Source: Escherichia virus TH44. Taken from it: a stretch of 64,000 bases of DNA. Positions 11,419-19,254 of this stretch are shown here, piece after piece (the first letter of the stretch is position 1; the number at the start of each line of letters is the position of its first letter). The position numbers and the translations under genes were made by a program. The notes below the pieces were generated by a model. The model saw only the letters and a program-made list of their open reading frames with translations. It ran no database searches and was not told the DNA's origin. Where the stretch lies: the sequence record MT446415.1. One strand, written 5' to 3'.

Positions 11419-11697
11419 ATGAAAACTTATCAAGAATTTATTAACGAATCAATTAGTCACCCGGATATGCTGGAAGACCTGAAAGGATATCTGATGGTTA
11501 AGGCCAAACCGGTTGATGGTGGCGCATTTGAGTTGTTTCTTGTTAAAGGCGAAAACGGTCCTGATAACAAGAAAGTTTCAGCAATGATGTTGACTAAAGG
11601 TTACAAAGTCAGTTCTTCCTGGAATGCTCCATTCACTTACGCGGTAAGCCCTCGTGAACTGAAAAAAGTTAAAGCTGGGCAATATACAAAAATTTAG
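11419..11697 (+). CDS. CTS-tagged internal-protein-like protein
   Basis: Starts MKTYQEFINES. Confidence 0.7.
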   Translation: MKTYQEFINESISHPDMLEDLKGYLMVKAKPVDGGAFELFLVKGENGPDNKKVSAMMLTKGYKVSSSWNAPFTYAVSPRELKKVKAGQYTKI

Positions 11698-11726
11698 TGT
11701 ACGTGATGGGATAACTGTAGTATGAT
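11697..11726 (+). promoter_or_regulatory. early-promoter cassette (gtgtac-N18-tatgat)
   Basis: Same architecture and leader as the 11364 cassette. Confidence 0.55.
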
Positions 11727-11751
11727 TATCCCATCAACTATTGGAGACCAC

Positions 11752-12006
11752 ATGAAAACTTATCAAGAATTTATTACTGAATCTGCAAATACAAAAGTTG
11801 AGTTTGCTTATGTTGGTTCGCCGCGTGGCAGTTTTTCCAATGAGGAATTCCGTCGTTCACTGGACAATTTCATGCAGTTAAGTGCTGAAGTATCGCATGA
11901 TGGTCGTTATGACATCGTTACTATTAGCGGTTCTGAAGACCTTATCAAAAAGTGGCACAAGCAGAAAGATGTTGAGATGCGTTACTATCGTATCCCTAAA
12001 AAATAA
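11752..12006 (+). CDS. CTS-tagged internal-protein-like protein
   Basis: Starts MKTYQEFITES at internal ATG of track ORF 11722. Confidence 0.7.
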   Translation: MKTYQEFITESANTKVEFAYVGSPRGSFSNEEFRRSLDNFMQLSAEVSHDGRYDIVTISGSEDLIKKWHKQKDVEMRYYRIPKK

Positions 12007-12035
12007 GTGTACTTTTAAATGGGATAGTGTATAAT
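12007..12035 (+). promoter_or_regulatory. early-promoter cassette (gtgtac-N17-tataat)
   Basis: Followed by leader tatcccatcaactactgaggagaataaaATG. Confidence 0.55.
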
Positions 12036-12063
12036 TATCCCATCAACTACTGAGGAGAATAAA

Positions 12064-12249
12064 ATGAAACGTTGCGAATTAATTAGAAATGTTACTGCCC
12101 TTGTTGCTGTTACCACTTTTGGTTTTAACATGTTTGCTGGCTTTATGTTGAATATGCTTTCAACTTCTGAGAATATAATCTCTTTAGTAGTTGCATTTTT
12201 AATTGGTTCAATCTCTTTCGTTATGGATAAAATCTCTAAAGGTGAGTAA
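12064..12249 (+). CDS. small hydrophobic protein
   Basis: 61 aa, predicted membrane helices; cassette-driven. Confidence 0.55.
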   Translation: MKRCELIRNVTALVAVTTFGFNMFAGFMLNMLSTSENIISLVVAFLIGSISFVMDKISKGE

Positions 12250-12250
12250 A

Positions 12251-12640
12251 ATGTATAAAGTGTATGCGGATTATCAGGCAAATCCATCTGAAAAACCAGA
12301 TTGTCAAATTGGGTGGGCGCATGACACCCTGCTTGAAGCGGTAGATGAAGCTCAAAAATTAGGGTATAGTTATGTAGATATTGTTCAACCAAATGGAACA
12401 GTTATTACTCTTGAAGAATTCAAGAATATCAAAACAAACTTTTTGCTCTTTGCTGGTGATAGCTATTATCCTCGTGGCGGTTATGCTGACTTAATTGCAA
12501 AAGCTGCGACTGAAGATGAACTGCGTGATATCATTAAAGAAAACGAGAAGAAGCCTTGTTATGGTTCCAACCGTTTTGACTGGTGGCAGATTGTTAATGC
12601 CAATACGCATACTATTGTTGATGAAGGAACATGCGAATGA
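12251..12640 (+). CDS. hypothetical protein
   Basis: ATG after ggtgagtaaa; track ORF starts at 12203. Confidence 0.55.
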   Translation: MYKVYADYQANPSEKPDCQIGWAHDTLLEAVDEAQKLGYSYVDIVQPNGTVITLEEFKNIKTNFLLFAGDSYYPRGGYADLIAKAATEDELRDIIKENEKKPCYGSNRFDWWQIVNANTHTIVDEGTCE

Positions 12641-13113
12641 ATATCAAATTTGGTCAGACCATCCCTAAAGGTTATGTGATTGAAATTGAAACCTGGGAAA
12701 ATGATGGTGACAACTATAAAACCCAAACGGTATTTGGCGTAGAAGAACAAGAAATCCAACAGTACAAATATATCCTGGAACTTTTCCATGGTTCGCATTG
12801 CAATAACCGCAATAAATGTGGTAATTCAGAATGGGATGTGGTTAAACACTTGGTTATCGCCCACATTGCATCTGGTGTAAAATCTGGCCAGTTGACTTAT
12901 GAATTTTTGGATAAAGTTCTTGGTATCCAAGACTTAGAAGCCTTGCTGAATGATGATGAAGAAGCATACTATTTGAATGAAGCCCTTACTGAGCTCCTTG
13001 GTATGGCTTGCGAATATGATGGCGATTTCATGCGTGTAATTTCTTATGTTAAGCTATATATAATCGAAGAAGAAATCCGAATCCCATCTGTTAAAGCGCT
13101 TGATATGCTTTAA
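12631..13113 (+). CDS. hypothetical protein
   Basis: 160 aa ORF, start overlaps previous stop. Confidence 0.6.
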   Translation: MRMNIKFGQTIPKGYVIEIETWENDGDNYKTQTVFGVEEQEIQQYKYILELFHGSHCNNRNKCGNSEWDVVKHLVIAHIASGVKSGQLTYEFLDKVLGIQDLEALLNDDEEAYYLNEALTELLGMACEYDGDFMRVISYVKLYIIEEEIRIPSVKALDML

Positions 13114-13234
13114 CAAAAACGCGTTATTATTAATAAGTACCCTCTATTACCAAAGGTTCTTCCCTCAAAGAACCTTTCATAATAGCATGTGCTATTAATC
13201 AAACTTACTTTACTTAATTTTACTTGAGGTGTTT

Positions 13235-13504
13235 ATGTTAGTATTAAAATTAGCTTTTTACGACCCTAAAACAAAGACAACCACTACCAAACGTTGCTCT
13301 ATCTCGTATGAGTGTCAATTTGGCGAAATTCAGCATCCAACAGGCGAAACCTTTATGTCAATTGGTTGTTCAACATTCAATAAAGTCAAATTAATCCCGT
13401 TGGTTAATACGGCGGCTTATCTGGTTGCACCAGAAGAAATGACTTATCATACAATTCAGCATATGGTTAAAGATGATAATGCTCCCGCTGGATTTGTAAT
13501 TTAA
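13235..13504 (+). CDS. hypothetical protein
   Basis: ATG 7 nt after gagg (track ORF begins at GTG 13229). Confidence 0.5.
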   Translation: MLVLKLAFYDPKTKTTTTKRCSISYECQFGEIQHPTGETFMSIGCSTFNKVKLIPLVNTAAYLVAPEEMTYHTIQHMVKDDNAPAGFVI

Positions 13505-13509
13505 TTTTA

Positions 13510-13583
13510 GGCCCTGTAGCTCAATTGGTTAGAGCATCCGGCTCATAACTGGCAGGTTTCCGGTTCAAGTCCGGATGGGGCCA
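13510..13583 (+). tRNA. tRNA with CAT anticodon (Met or lysidine-type Ile2)
   Basis: Manual cloverleaf: acceptor ggccctg/tggggcc, D arm gctc..gagc, anticodon loop ctCATaa, T arm tccgg-ttcaagt-ccgga; resembles E. coli tRNA-Ile2. Confidence 0.8.
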
Positions 13584-13585
13584 CC

Positions 13586-13662
13586 CGGGGTGTAGCTCAA
13601 TTGTATAGAGCAACGGTCTTCTAAACCGTAGGTTGTGGGTTAGAATCCCACCACCCCGACCA
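13586..13662 (+). tRNA. tRNA-Arg (anticodon TCT), CCA encoded
   Basis: Manual cloverleaf: acceptor cggggtg/caccccg, anticodon stem acggt/accgt, loop ctTCTaa, T arm gtggg-ttagaat-cccac, then A+CCA. Confidence 0.88.
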
Positions 13663-13677
13663 ATTACTGAGGATATT

Positions 13678-13917
13678 ATGGTTATTAGTGAATCATATGC
13701 AGTTATGGATATAACCAGCAACGAGCTGGTTTATAGCTTTGATGAGTTTGACGAAAATGATAAACAAGTCCCATGGTTTGCATTAACTGCTCCACCTGAA
13801 CATAATAAATATCTAAGTTTCCCGACTCGCAGACTAGCAACAAATTTTATGGAATTCAATGACCTTGATTCCAATTATAAGGTTGTTAAAGTCAAATTAG
13901 CTATTACAATTGAATGA
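13678..13917 (+). CDS. hypothetical protein
   Basis: ATG after gagga; track ORF 13633 would overlap the tRNA. Confidence 0.55.
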   Translation: MVISESYAVMDITSNELVYSFDEFDENDKQVPWFALTAPPEHNKYLSFPTRRLATNFMEFNDLDSNYKVVKVKLAITIE

Positions 13918-14110
13918 GAAACCGGGTCGCTACCGGTAAGTCGTCGGACTGATGTTCCCTGGAGTATAGTTCCTCCCACGGTTTTACTGTGTTCTGGTTC
14001 TTTACTATCACAGCTGAAACGGCGCACCCTTTTAACGGAGTTTTTCCAGAGCGGACGGTGCGTCCGGTAGTACGAGAAATCAGAGCGGGTGGTGCATCCG
14101 GTACTATGGA
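13918..14110 (+). ncRNA. candidate small stable RNA (ORF-free, stem-rich)
   Basis: About 190 nt with no ORF; repeated GC-rich stems (accgggtcgctaccggt, ggacggtgcgtccggtag, gggtggtgcatccggtac); T4 has small stable RNAs in its tRNA region. Confidence 0.3.
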
Positions 14111-14111
14111 A

Positions 14112-14119
14112 TATAAATA
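14112..14119 (+). promoter_or_regulatory. T4-type late promoter TATAAATA
   Basis: Exact octamer 32 nt before the 14151 CTS-like gene. Confidence 0.55.
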
Positions 14120-14150
14120 TTAACAACAACCCTAATAATGGAAAAACAAA

Positions 14151-14534
14151 ATGCTTACATATGCAGAATTTTTAAATCGCAATACCATCACTGAATCCGT
14201 ACTGACTGAAGCTGGCAAATTTTCTTTAGTGGCTCCAGAAAAAGCCGGTGTTTCAATTGGTGACCGTGTTATGTTCAAGAAACCAGTTAATGGCGTTTCT
14301 TGGGGTATCGTAACTGGGTTTGGCATCAAAGCTAAAGACGTTAAAAACGCCGCAGCACCTGGTGCTAAACTGGCTGGTTCCAAAGTTTCAACTTATATGG
14401 TTCGCCCTAAACAGTCTCCAGGTAATGGTGCTGCTGACTGGGTTGGTGCTCCAATCGAAATCGCTCGTGATAAATTCTTGAACATCACTGACCGTGCCAA
14501 CGAACGCGCTGCAATGGCATTCGCTCGCGGATAA
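14151..14534 (+). CDS. CTS-like small protein
   Basis: Starts MLTYAEFLNRN (variant of the MKTYQEF tag); late promoter upstream. Confidence 0.6.
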   Translation: MLTYAEFLNRNTITESVLTEAGKFSLVAPEKAGVSIGDRVMFKKPVNGVSWGIVTGFGIKAKDVKNAAAPGAKLAGSKVSTYMVRPKQSPGNGAADWVGAPIEIARDKFLNITDRANERAAMAFARG

Positions 14535-14571
14535 GAACACTTGCCTTGCAGGTGGAACCCCGACAAGGTAT

Positions 14572-14600
14572 AGCCCCTTCCGAAAGGTTGGGGCTTTTTT
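14572..14600 (+). terminator. rho-independent terminator
   Basis: agcccc-ttccgaaaggtt-ggggct hairpin followed by TTTTTT. Confidence 0.75.
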
Positions 14601-14623
14601 ATAAATCAACTAAAGAGAAACGT

Positions 14624-15178
14624 ATGAAACTGTTAAAATATTTGAGTTGGATTCTGTTAGTTCCGCTGGATTTTATCTCCATGATTCTGGCCGTTATCCT
14701 GGCTCCATTTGTAGTTCCGTTCCATAATAAAAAGACTGGTAAACTTCCGTTCGGGTTTGATTGGATGATGACTTATGATAATCCGATTGATGGTGACCGT
14801 GGCCATGTCAAACGTTGGTCAAAAATCCGAAAATGGCCATTAGGTGTTTACTTCCAACGAGTAGCCTGGCTCTGGCGAAACAAAGCATACAATTTTGCTT
14901 ACCACAAGCTCGGCCGTGATTGCAATTCAGAATTCCATTATAAAGGTAATCCGGATGTTGAATCGGGCTCCCCTGATAAAGCTCATCATGGTTGGCTCTT
15001 TATGTGGACTGATAATGCATGGGGTGTTTTTGCTTCTGTTCCTTATCTTAAGGTCGGTGGAATCACCTTTTATCTGCGTGTTTATTGTGGCTGGAAGCTC
15101 AAGAGTCTTCTGTCCCGACCTATCCCTAAGGCTATGCTCGCCTTCCATATAAATCCGTTCCGCTTTTATAAGAACTAA
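14624..15178 (+). CDS. membrane protein
   Basis: Starts MKLLKYLSWILLVPLDF... after the terminator; hydrophobic N-terminus. Confidence 0.6.
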   Translation: MKLLKYLSWILLVPLDFISMILAVILAPFVVPFHNKKTGKLPFGFDWMMTYDNPIDGDRGHVKRWSKIRKWPLGVYFQRVAWLWRNKAYNFAYHKLGRDCNSEFHYKGNPDVESGSPDKAHHGWLFMWTDNAWGVFASVPYLKVGGITFYLRVYCGWKLKSLLSRPIPKAMLAFHINPFRFYKN

Positions 15179-15179
15179 C

Positions 15180-15201
15180 AGCCCGCATTGCGGGCTTTTT
15201 T
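15180..15201 (+). terminator. rho-independent terminator
   Basis: agcccgc-attg-cgggct followed by TTTTT. Confidence 0.75.
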
Positions 15202-15238
15202 ATACCCCGAATAAATTTGAAATTTTCTTCAAAAAGTA

Positions 15239-15268
15239 GTGTACATCCGAATTGACCCGGCGCATAAT
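15239..15268 (+). promoter_or_regulatory. early-promoter cassette (gtgtac-N18-cataat)
   Basis: Followed by leader gattccatactgagttac...ggagaaataaaATG. Confidence 0.55.
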
Positions 15269-15319
15269 GATTCCATACTGAGTTACACACTGAATCAAAC
15301 AAAACTTTGGAGAAATAAA

Positions 15320-15745
15320 ATGAACTTTCTGACCCTGACCTCTGCATTCTCTGTTACCCGCATCACCAACAAAATGGTTGCTGACGAAGTATGTGAAATC
15401 TGCATTCGTGAAGATGCACTTATCCATCTGACTTCAACCCAGATTGTTGCCATTGCCAAGTCCCTTAATTCTGAACTGAAGGTAAACACCAAACAGTCAA
15501 AAGAATCTATCATTGAATTAATCCAAGCTGAAATGATTGAATTCCCAATTGAAGAAGTTAAAGAAGAAAAAATCCAGTCCAAATCTGGTAATGCTCGTGA
15601 CATTTGCTTCCAGGCATTTGCAGAAATTGATATGAATGATAATGCAGCTCGTCGCGCTCTGATTGATGTTCTGGTTACCACCCATGATATCAAAAAGACT
15701 GTTGTTCAGTCATATGCTTCCAACTTCCGCAAAGCTCAAAAATAA
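15320..15745 (+). CDS. hypothetical protein
   Basis: Starts MNFLTLTSAF after the cassette leader; C-terminal module shared with the 16198 gene. Confidence 0.6.
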   Translation: MNFLTLTSAFSVTRITNKMVADEVCEICIREDALIHLTSTQIVAIAKSLNSELKVNTKQSKESIIELIQAEMIEFPIEEVKEEKIQSKSGNARDICFQAFAEIDMNDNAARRALIDVLVTTHDIKKTVVQSYASNFRKAQK

Positions 15746-15756
15746 TTGAGAAAAGT

Positions 15757-15786
15757 GTTTTACTTCCAGATGGGATAATGTATAAT
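15757..15786 (+). promoter_or_regulatory. early-promoter cassette (gtttta-N18-tataat)
   Basis: gggataa/ttatccc repeat around the -10; same leader. Confidence 0.5.
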
Positions 15787-15827
15787 TATCCCATACTGAG
15801 TTACCAAATAAAACACTGGAGAATAAA

Positions 15828-16124
15828 ATGTTTAACGCACCTGCATGGCACGCTACCCAAGCTCAAGAAGAAAACAAAGCAATCGTTTCTGCTAAAATTG
15901 AAGCTCAACTGAATGAATTGTGTGAAACTGCTTCTGAAGAAGTTGTTGCAATCATCAAACAGTATCCTGCATCCAACTACTCCCTGGCATGCATCAAAAC
16001 AGAAATGGTTAACTTGTGGCGTAAGAACAAGAAAACTTTCTTGGGTATGCAGTACCAAGCAATCGCGTCTGCAGTAGTAAACATGTATGACTTTGAAGTT
16101 TATTTCCCAACTTCTGAAAATTAA
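15828..16124 (+). CDS. hypothetical protein
   Basis: 98 aa ORF after cassette leader. Confidence 0.6.
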   Translation: MFNAPAWHATQAQEENKAIVSAKIEAQLNELCETASEEVVAIIKQYPASNYSLACIKTEMVNLWRKNKKTFLGMQYQAIASAVVNMYDFEVYFPTSEN

Positions 16125-16125
16125 T

Positions 16126-16155
16126 GTGTACTTTGGAATTTAACTAAGACATAAT
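16126..16155 (+). promoter_or_regulatory. early-promoter cassette (gtgtac-N18-cataat)
   Basis: Same architecture. Confidence 0.55.
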
Positions 16156-16197
16156 GATTCCATACTGAGTTAACAAATAAACAAACGGGATAATAAA

Positions 16198-16641
16198 ATG
16201 AAAACTTCAAAACTGGTTAAGTATGTTAAACTGGCATTAAACAACTCTTCTGAAGCTGAAGCACAATCCGCAGCACGTATGTTCTTCAAACGTCTGACAG
16301 CTGAAGGTATTTCATTTAACCCGGCAGTATTTGGTATCACTCGTGGCGAAGCTGCTAAACTGGCAACTCTGGCAGGTAAAATTTTTAAAGGTCTGAATGA
16401 TGGACAGGTTAAACCAGAAGTTAAACCTACTCCTAAAGCTGAACCAAAAGCTGAACGTAAGGCACCTAAACGCTCCGGTATGAGCAACAAAGATTTATGC
16501 TATGATATGTTCAAAACTGTTAATATGTCTAATGGTGCCGCTCGCAGGGCTGTTATTGATATGATTGTGCGTGAGTTTGGATTCAACAAAGCATCAGTTC
16601 AGTCTTATGCTTCCAACTTCCGCAAAGAATTTGAAATTTAA
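16198..16641 (+). CDS. hypothetical protein
   Basis: 147 aa; C-terminus ARRAVIDMIV...VQSYASNFRK parallels the 15320 gene. Confidence 0.6.
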   Translation: MKTSKLVKYVKLALNNSSEAEAQSAARMFFKRLTAEGISFNPAVFGITRGEAAKLATLAGKIFKGLNDGQVKPEVKPTPKAEPKAERKAPKRSGMSNKDLCYDMFKTVNMSNGAARRAVIDMIVREFGFNKASVQSYASNFRKEFEI

Positions 16642-16652
16642 TTTAAAAGGGG

Positions 16653-16682
16653 GTATACAAGCCCCCTGCTTTAAGGCATAAT
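16653..16682 (+). promoter_or_regulatory. early-promoter cassette (gtatac-N18-cataat) inside hairpin gggggtatacaagccccc
   Basis: -35 sits in the loop of a 5-bp G/C stem directly after the upstream stop. Confidence 0.5.
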
Positions 16683-16723
16683 GATTCCATACTGAGTTAC
16701 ACAATAAAACACTGGAGAATAAA

Positions 16724-17029
16724 ATGAAATTCATCATCAACCTGGCGCTTGTTGACTTTGATAAAACTGGTAATTTCGCATCTGCTGAAAATATGATTCG
16801 TAACACCAAGTTCAAAGTGCAAGTCCAACAGGCGGTAGCAAAAGAGTTCTTTACTGATAAATTAACTAACGTTGTTAATCACCTGAATGTGCAAGTTAAA
16901 TTTACTCGTGAAGCGGAAACTACTGTTGCATTTGATTTTGACTGCCAATACCATGATGAATATGTTCGCCGCATCCTGGATATCGTGTCTGACGAACTTT
17001 ATTATGGTGTACAGGAAAACAAAATCTAA
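16724..17029 (+). CDS. hypothetical protein
   Basis: 101 aa ORF after cassette leader. Confidence 0.6.
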   Translation: MKFIINLALVDFDKTGNFASAENMIRNTKFKVQVQQAVAKEFFTDKLTNVVNHLNVQVKFTREAETTVAFDFDCQYHDEYVRRILDIVSDELYYGVQENKI

Positions 17030-17101
17030 ATTAGTGCTTTAATGGGAACATGATAGTATGTTCCCTGGATAATAAAACATTAACCAACTGAAGGAAATAC
17101 C

Positions 17102-17695
17102 ATGAATACTTTAAAGAAACTTGTTGAATTCATCCGCTCCAAACTGGGTACTGCAATGGCACAAAACCTGTCTATTGAAGACCAATATACTAAAGCTGCT
17201 TCTACCCTGATTGACAAGATTACTGAGCTCCAGACTGCCCATGTTAAGTCTGTTAATGAAGAAAAACGCATCCGCGAGTTAGCGAATGAAAAAGACCAGC
17301 TCGCCGCTTCAAAAGAGCGTGAAATCCGCAAACTGATTTCTGATGGTGCAGATGTTCAGGTCCATGCTAAACTGGGTCTTCTGTATCGTCGCACTGCTAA
17401 ACAACTTCGTAAGAAGGCAGATGATTATGTTGAAATGCGTAATGAAATTAAATTGAAAGTTAAAGAGCTGGATGACTCTCGTCAGGAACTAGCTGTTAAA
17501 CTGGAATACATCCGCGAAACCCGTAAGGTGTCTGCACTGGGTATTGCGACTGCAGATGATGTTGTTGAAATCGCTGCATTGACTAAGATTGATATTGAAG
17601 ACACCCTGATGCGTGTTGAAACCTTCAAAGGCCCACAGGTTGGTGTGGATACCACGTCCGCGGACATTGAAGAATACATCAATTCACTTAAGTAA
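17102..17695 (+). CDS. hypothetical coiled-coil protein
   Basis: 197 aa, charged heptad-rich sequence. Confidence 0.6.
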   Translation: MNTLKKLVEFIRSKLGTAMAQNLSIEDQYTKAASTLIDKITELQTAHVKSVNEEKRIRELANEKDQLAASKEREIRKLISDGADVQVHAKLGLLYRRTAKQLRKKADDYVEMRNEIKLKVKELDDSRQELAVKLEYIRETRKVSALGIATADDVVEIAALTKIDIEDTLMRVETFKGPQVGVDTTSADIEEYINSLK

Positions 17696-17737
17696 GATAA
17701 AGGGGGCTTTGCCCCCTAATTGGGAGAGGAGAATATT

Positions 17738-18292
17738 ATGAGCTTATATAATGACCTTATATCAAATGTAGAATGGTTTGGCGGTAGTGGTCTTGCTACT
17801 GAAACTAATACAGTTCTTTATAGAATCCGTGGTGACTTGGGTTATTCCAATGATTTCTTAAGAAGAACAACTAGCCGTGGACACACTACAAAATTGCCTT
17901 TTATTTTTGCTTTAGCTGAAGACCTTTCTTTCGCAGATGCCTTGGAAATTATTGATGTAAATCTGGGTATTCAACGAGTGGAATTCGGTGGGCTGAGTTA
18001 TTCCGTGTATGCGTTAAATGACCCAAGCGATTATAGGCAACTTATTAATGCGAACGATGATGACCATTTGGTGTGTTATTTGATGTTGGAAAATGGTGAC
18101 CACTTTGGAATGGTTGACCGCCGACCAGCTTATACTGATATTAAAAATTATGATAAAGATGAGCTTCTTGATTTGACGTCTGAGTACACATTAGAGAGTC
18201 GTAAACAAAAACGAAAGCTTAATCGTTTTATTGCTGAATGTCGTGAATATGCTAAAGAGGTTCAAAATGCGAACGTTATATCTGCCAAATAA
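17738..18292 (+). CDS. hypothetical protein
   Basis: ATG after gaggag (track ORF starts at TTG 17720). Confidence 0.55.
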   Translation: MSLYNDLISNVEWFGGSGLATETNTVLYRIRGDLGYSNDFLRRTTSRGHTTKLPFIFALAEDLSFADALEIIDVNLGIQRVEFGGLSYSVYALNDPSDYRQLINANDDDHLVCYLMLENGDHFGMVDRRPAYTDIKNYDKDELLDLTSEYTLESRKQKRKLNRFIAECREYAKEVQNANVISAK

Positions 18293-18626
18293 ACCAGAAA
18301 AATTTGTATACGCAAACAAGATTGATAAAGACTTGATGCCTCCATTTGGAGCTTTGTCCATGTGCATCGTTGGGGTTATAATGATGGTGCTTTGTGGGGA
18401 TATGGATATCATTAGTGTCGGAGTCGCCTGGGCACTAATAATCGCAGCTCCTTTTATTACAGTCCTGAGCATGATTTTGATAAATGTGTGGCATCAAAAT
18501 CATATGAATAAAGGATATCGTGGGCGAGTTAAAGAGTGGGAACAAAAATGTATTTCCCTACAAGAAGAGCACAAAATTAAATGTGCAGAAGAATTTATCA
18601 AGGAGGTTCGTAATGGAACGGCCTAG
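18267..18626 (+). CDS. membrane protein
   Basis: ATG after aaagagg; two predicted TM helices; overlaps upstream gene end. Confidence 0.5.
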   Translation: MRTLYLPNKPEKFVYANKIDKDLMPPFGALSMCIVGVIMMVLCGDMDIISVGVAWALIIAAPFITVLSMILINVWHQNHMNKGYRGRVKEWEQKCISLQEEHKIKCAEEFIKEVRNGTA

Positions 18627-18966
18627 TCTTGCATCACATGTTTATCAATTGGCTGAATATGATATTGGTGCCAGTTTATTATTAGGGATACCCACCGCCA
18701 TGCTTGGTGGTTTGGTTGGTCTGGTAATGACCACGGTTATGGCTGCAATCGAGGGAGTGATGCCCATTGAGATGGGTTTCTTTATGATAATCGCTCCGGC
18801 TGTTGTGTCTTATTTTATCCCTGTTGTGTATGATATCTGCCACACAAACGCCGTGAATGCTCCTAGTCGGAAGAGATATGCTTCAGCAATGGCTGAGTAT
18901 AATAAGTTCCTAGACAAAACAAAACGTAATGACCTTGAAACCTTTATTAAGGAATGTAAATCATGA
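18613..18966 (+). CDS. membrane protein
   Basis: ATG after aggagg; TM helices; C-terminus LETFIKECKS resembles end of the 22203 gene. Confidence 0.55.
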   Translation: MERPSLASHVYQLAEYDIGASLLLGIPTAMLGGLVGLVMTTVMAAIEGVMPIEMGFFMIIAPAVVSYFIPVVYDICHTNAVNAPSRKRYASAMAEYNKFLDKTKRNDLETFIKECKS

Positions 18967-19253
18967 ATAAAATTGAAATTGCTATCCCCAAGTATTATGA
19001 TGAGAAATCTGCAGAAAAAGCTATCTATTCTCTTCTAAATAAGACCTCTGAAATTGAAAAACACTGTGAAGAAATCGCAGATGAATATGGTATCGAATTC
19101 AGCACTGGCGATTACGGCACCGGCCGTACATATCACCCAGTCGGTTATGAATGTTCCGAATGGTTCGCTCACCATATTGAAAACAACGGCGGGCAAGTTG
19201 AAAACGGCATTGTTACTGTTGGTGCCTGGGTTTCCTCTTCTGAGGTGTGCTAA
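18963..19253 (+). CDS. W-SS-C tail family paralog 1
   Basis: 96 aa; ends ...GAWVSSSEVC. Confidence 0.6.
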   Translation: MNKIEIAIPKYYDEKSAEKAIYSLLNKTSEIEKHCEEIADEYGIEFSTGDYGTGRTYHPVGYECSEWFAHHIENNGGQVENGIVTVGAWVSSSEVC

Positions 19254-19254
19254 T

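Noticed and set aside
13510-13583. Assigning the CAT-anticodon tRNA firmly as initiator or elongator tRNA-Met
   Set aside because: The sequence closely resembles E. coli tRNA-Ile2, whose CAT anticodon is modified to read AUA; identity cannot be settled from sequence alone, so left as Met/Ile2-type
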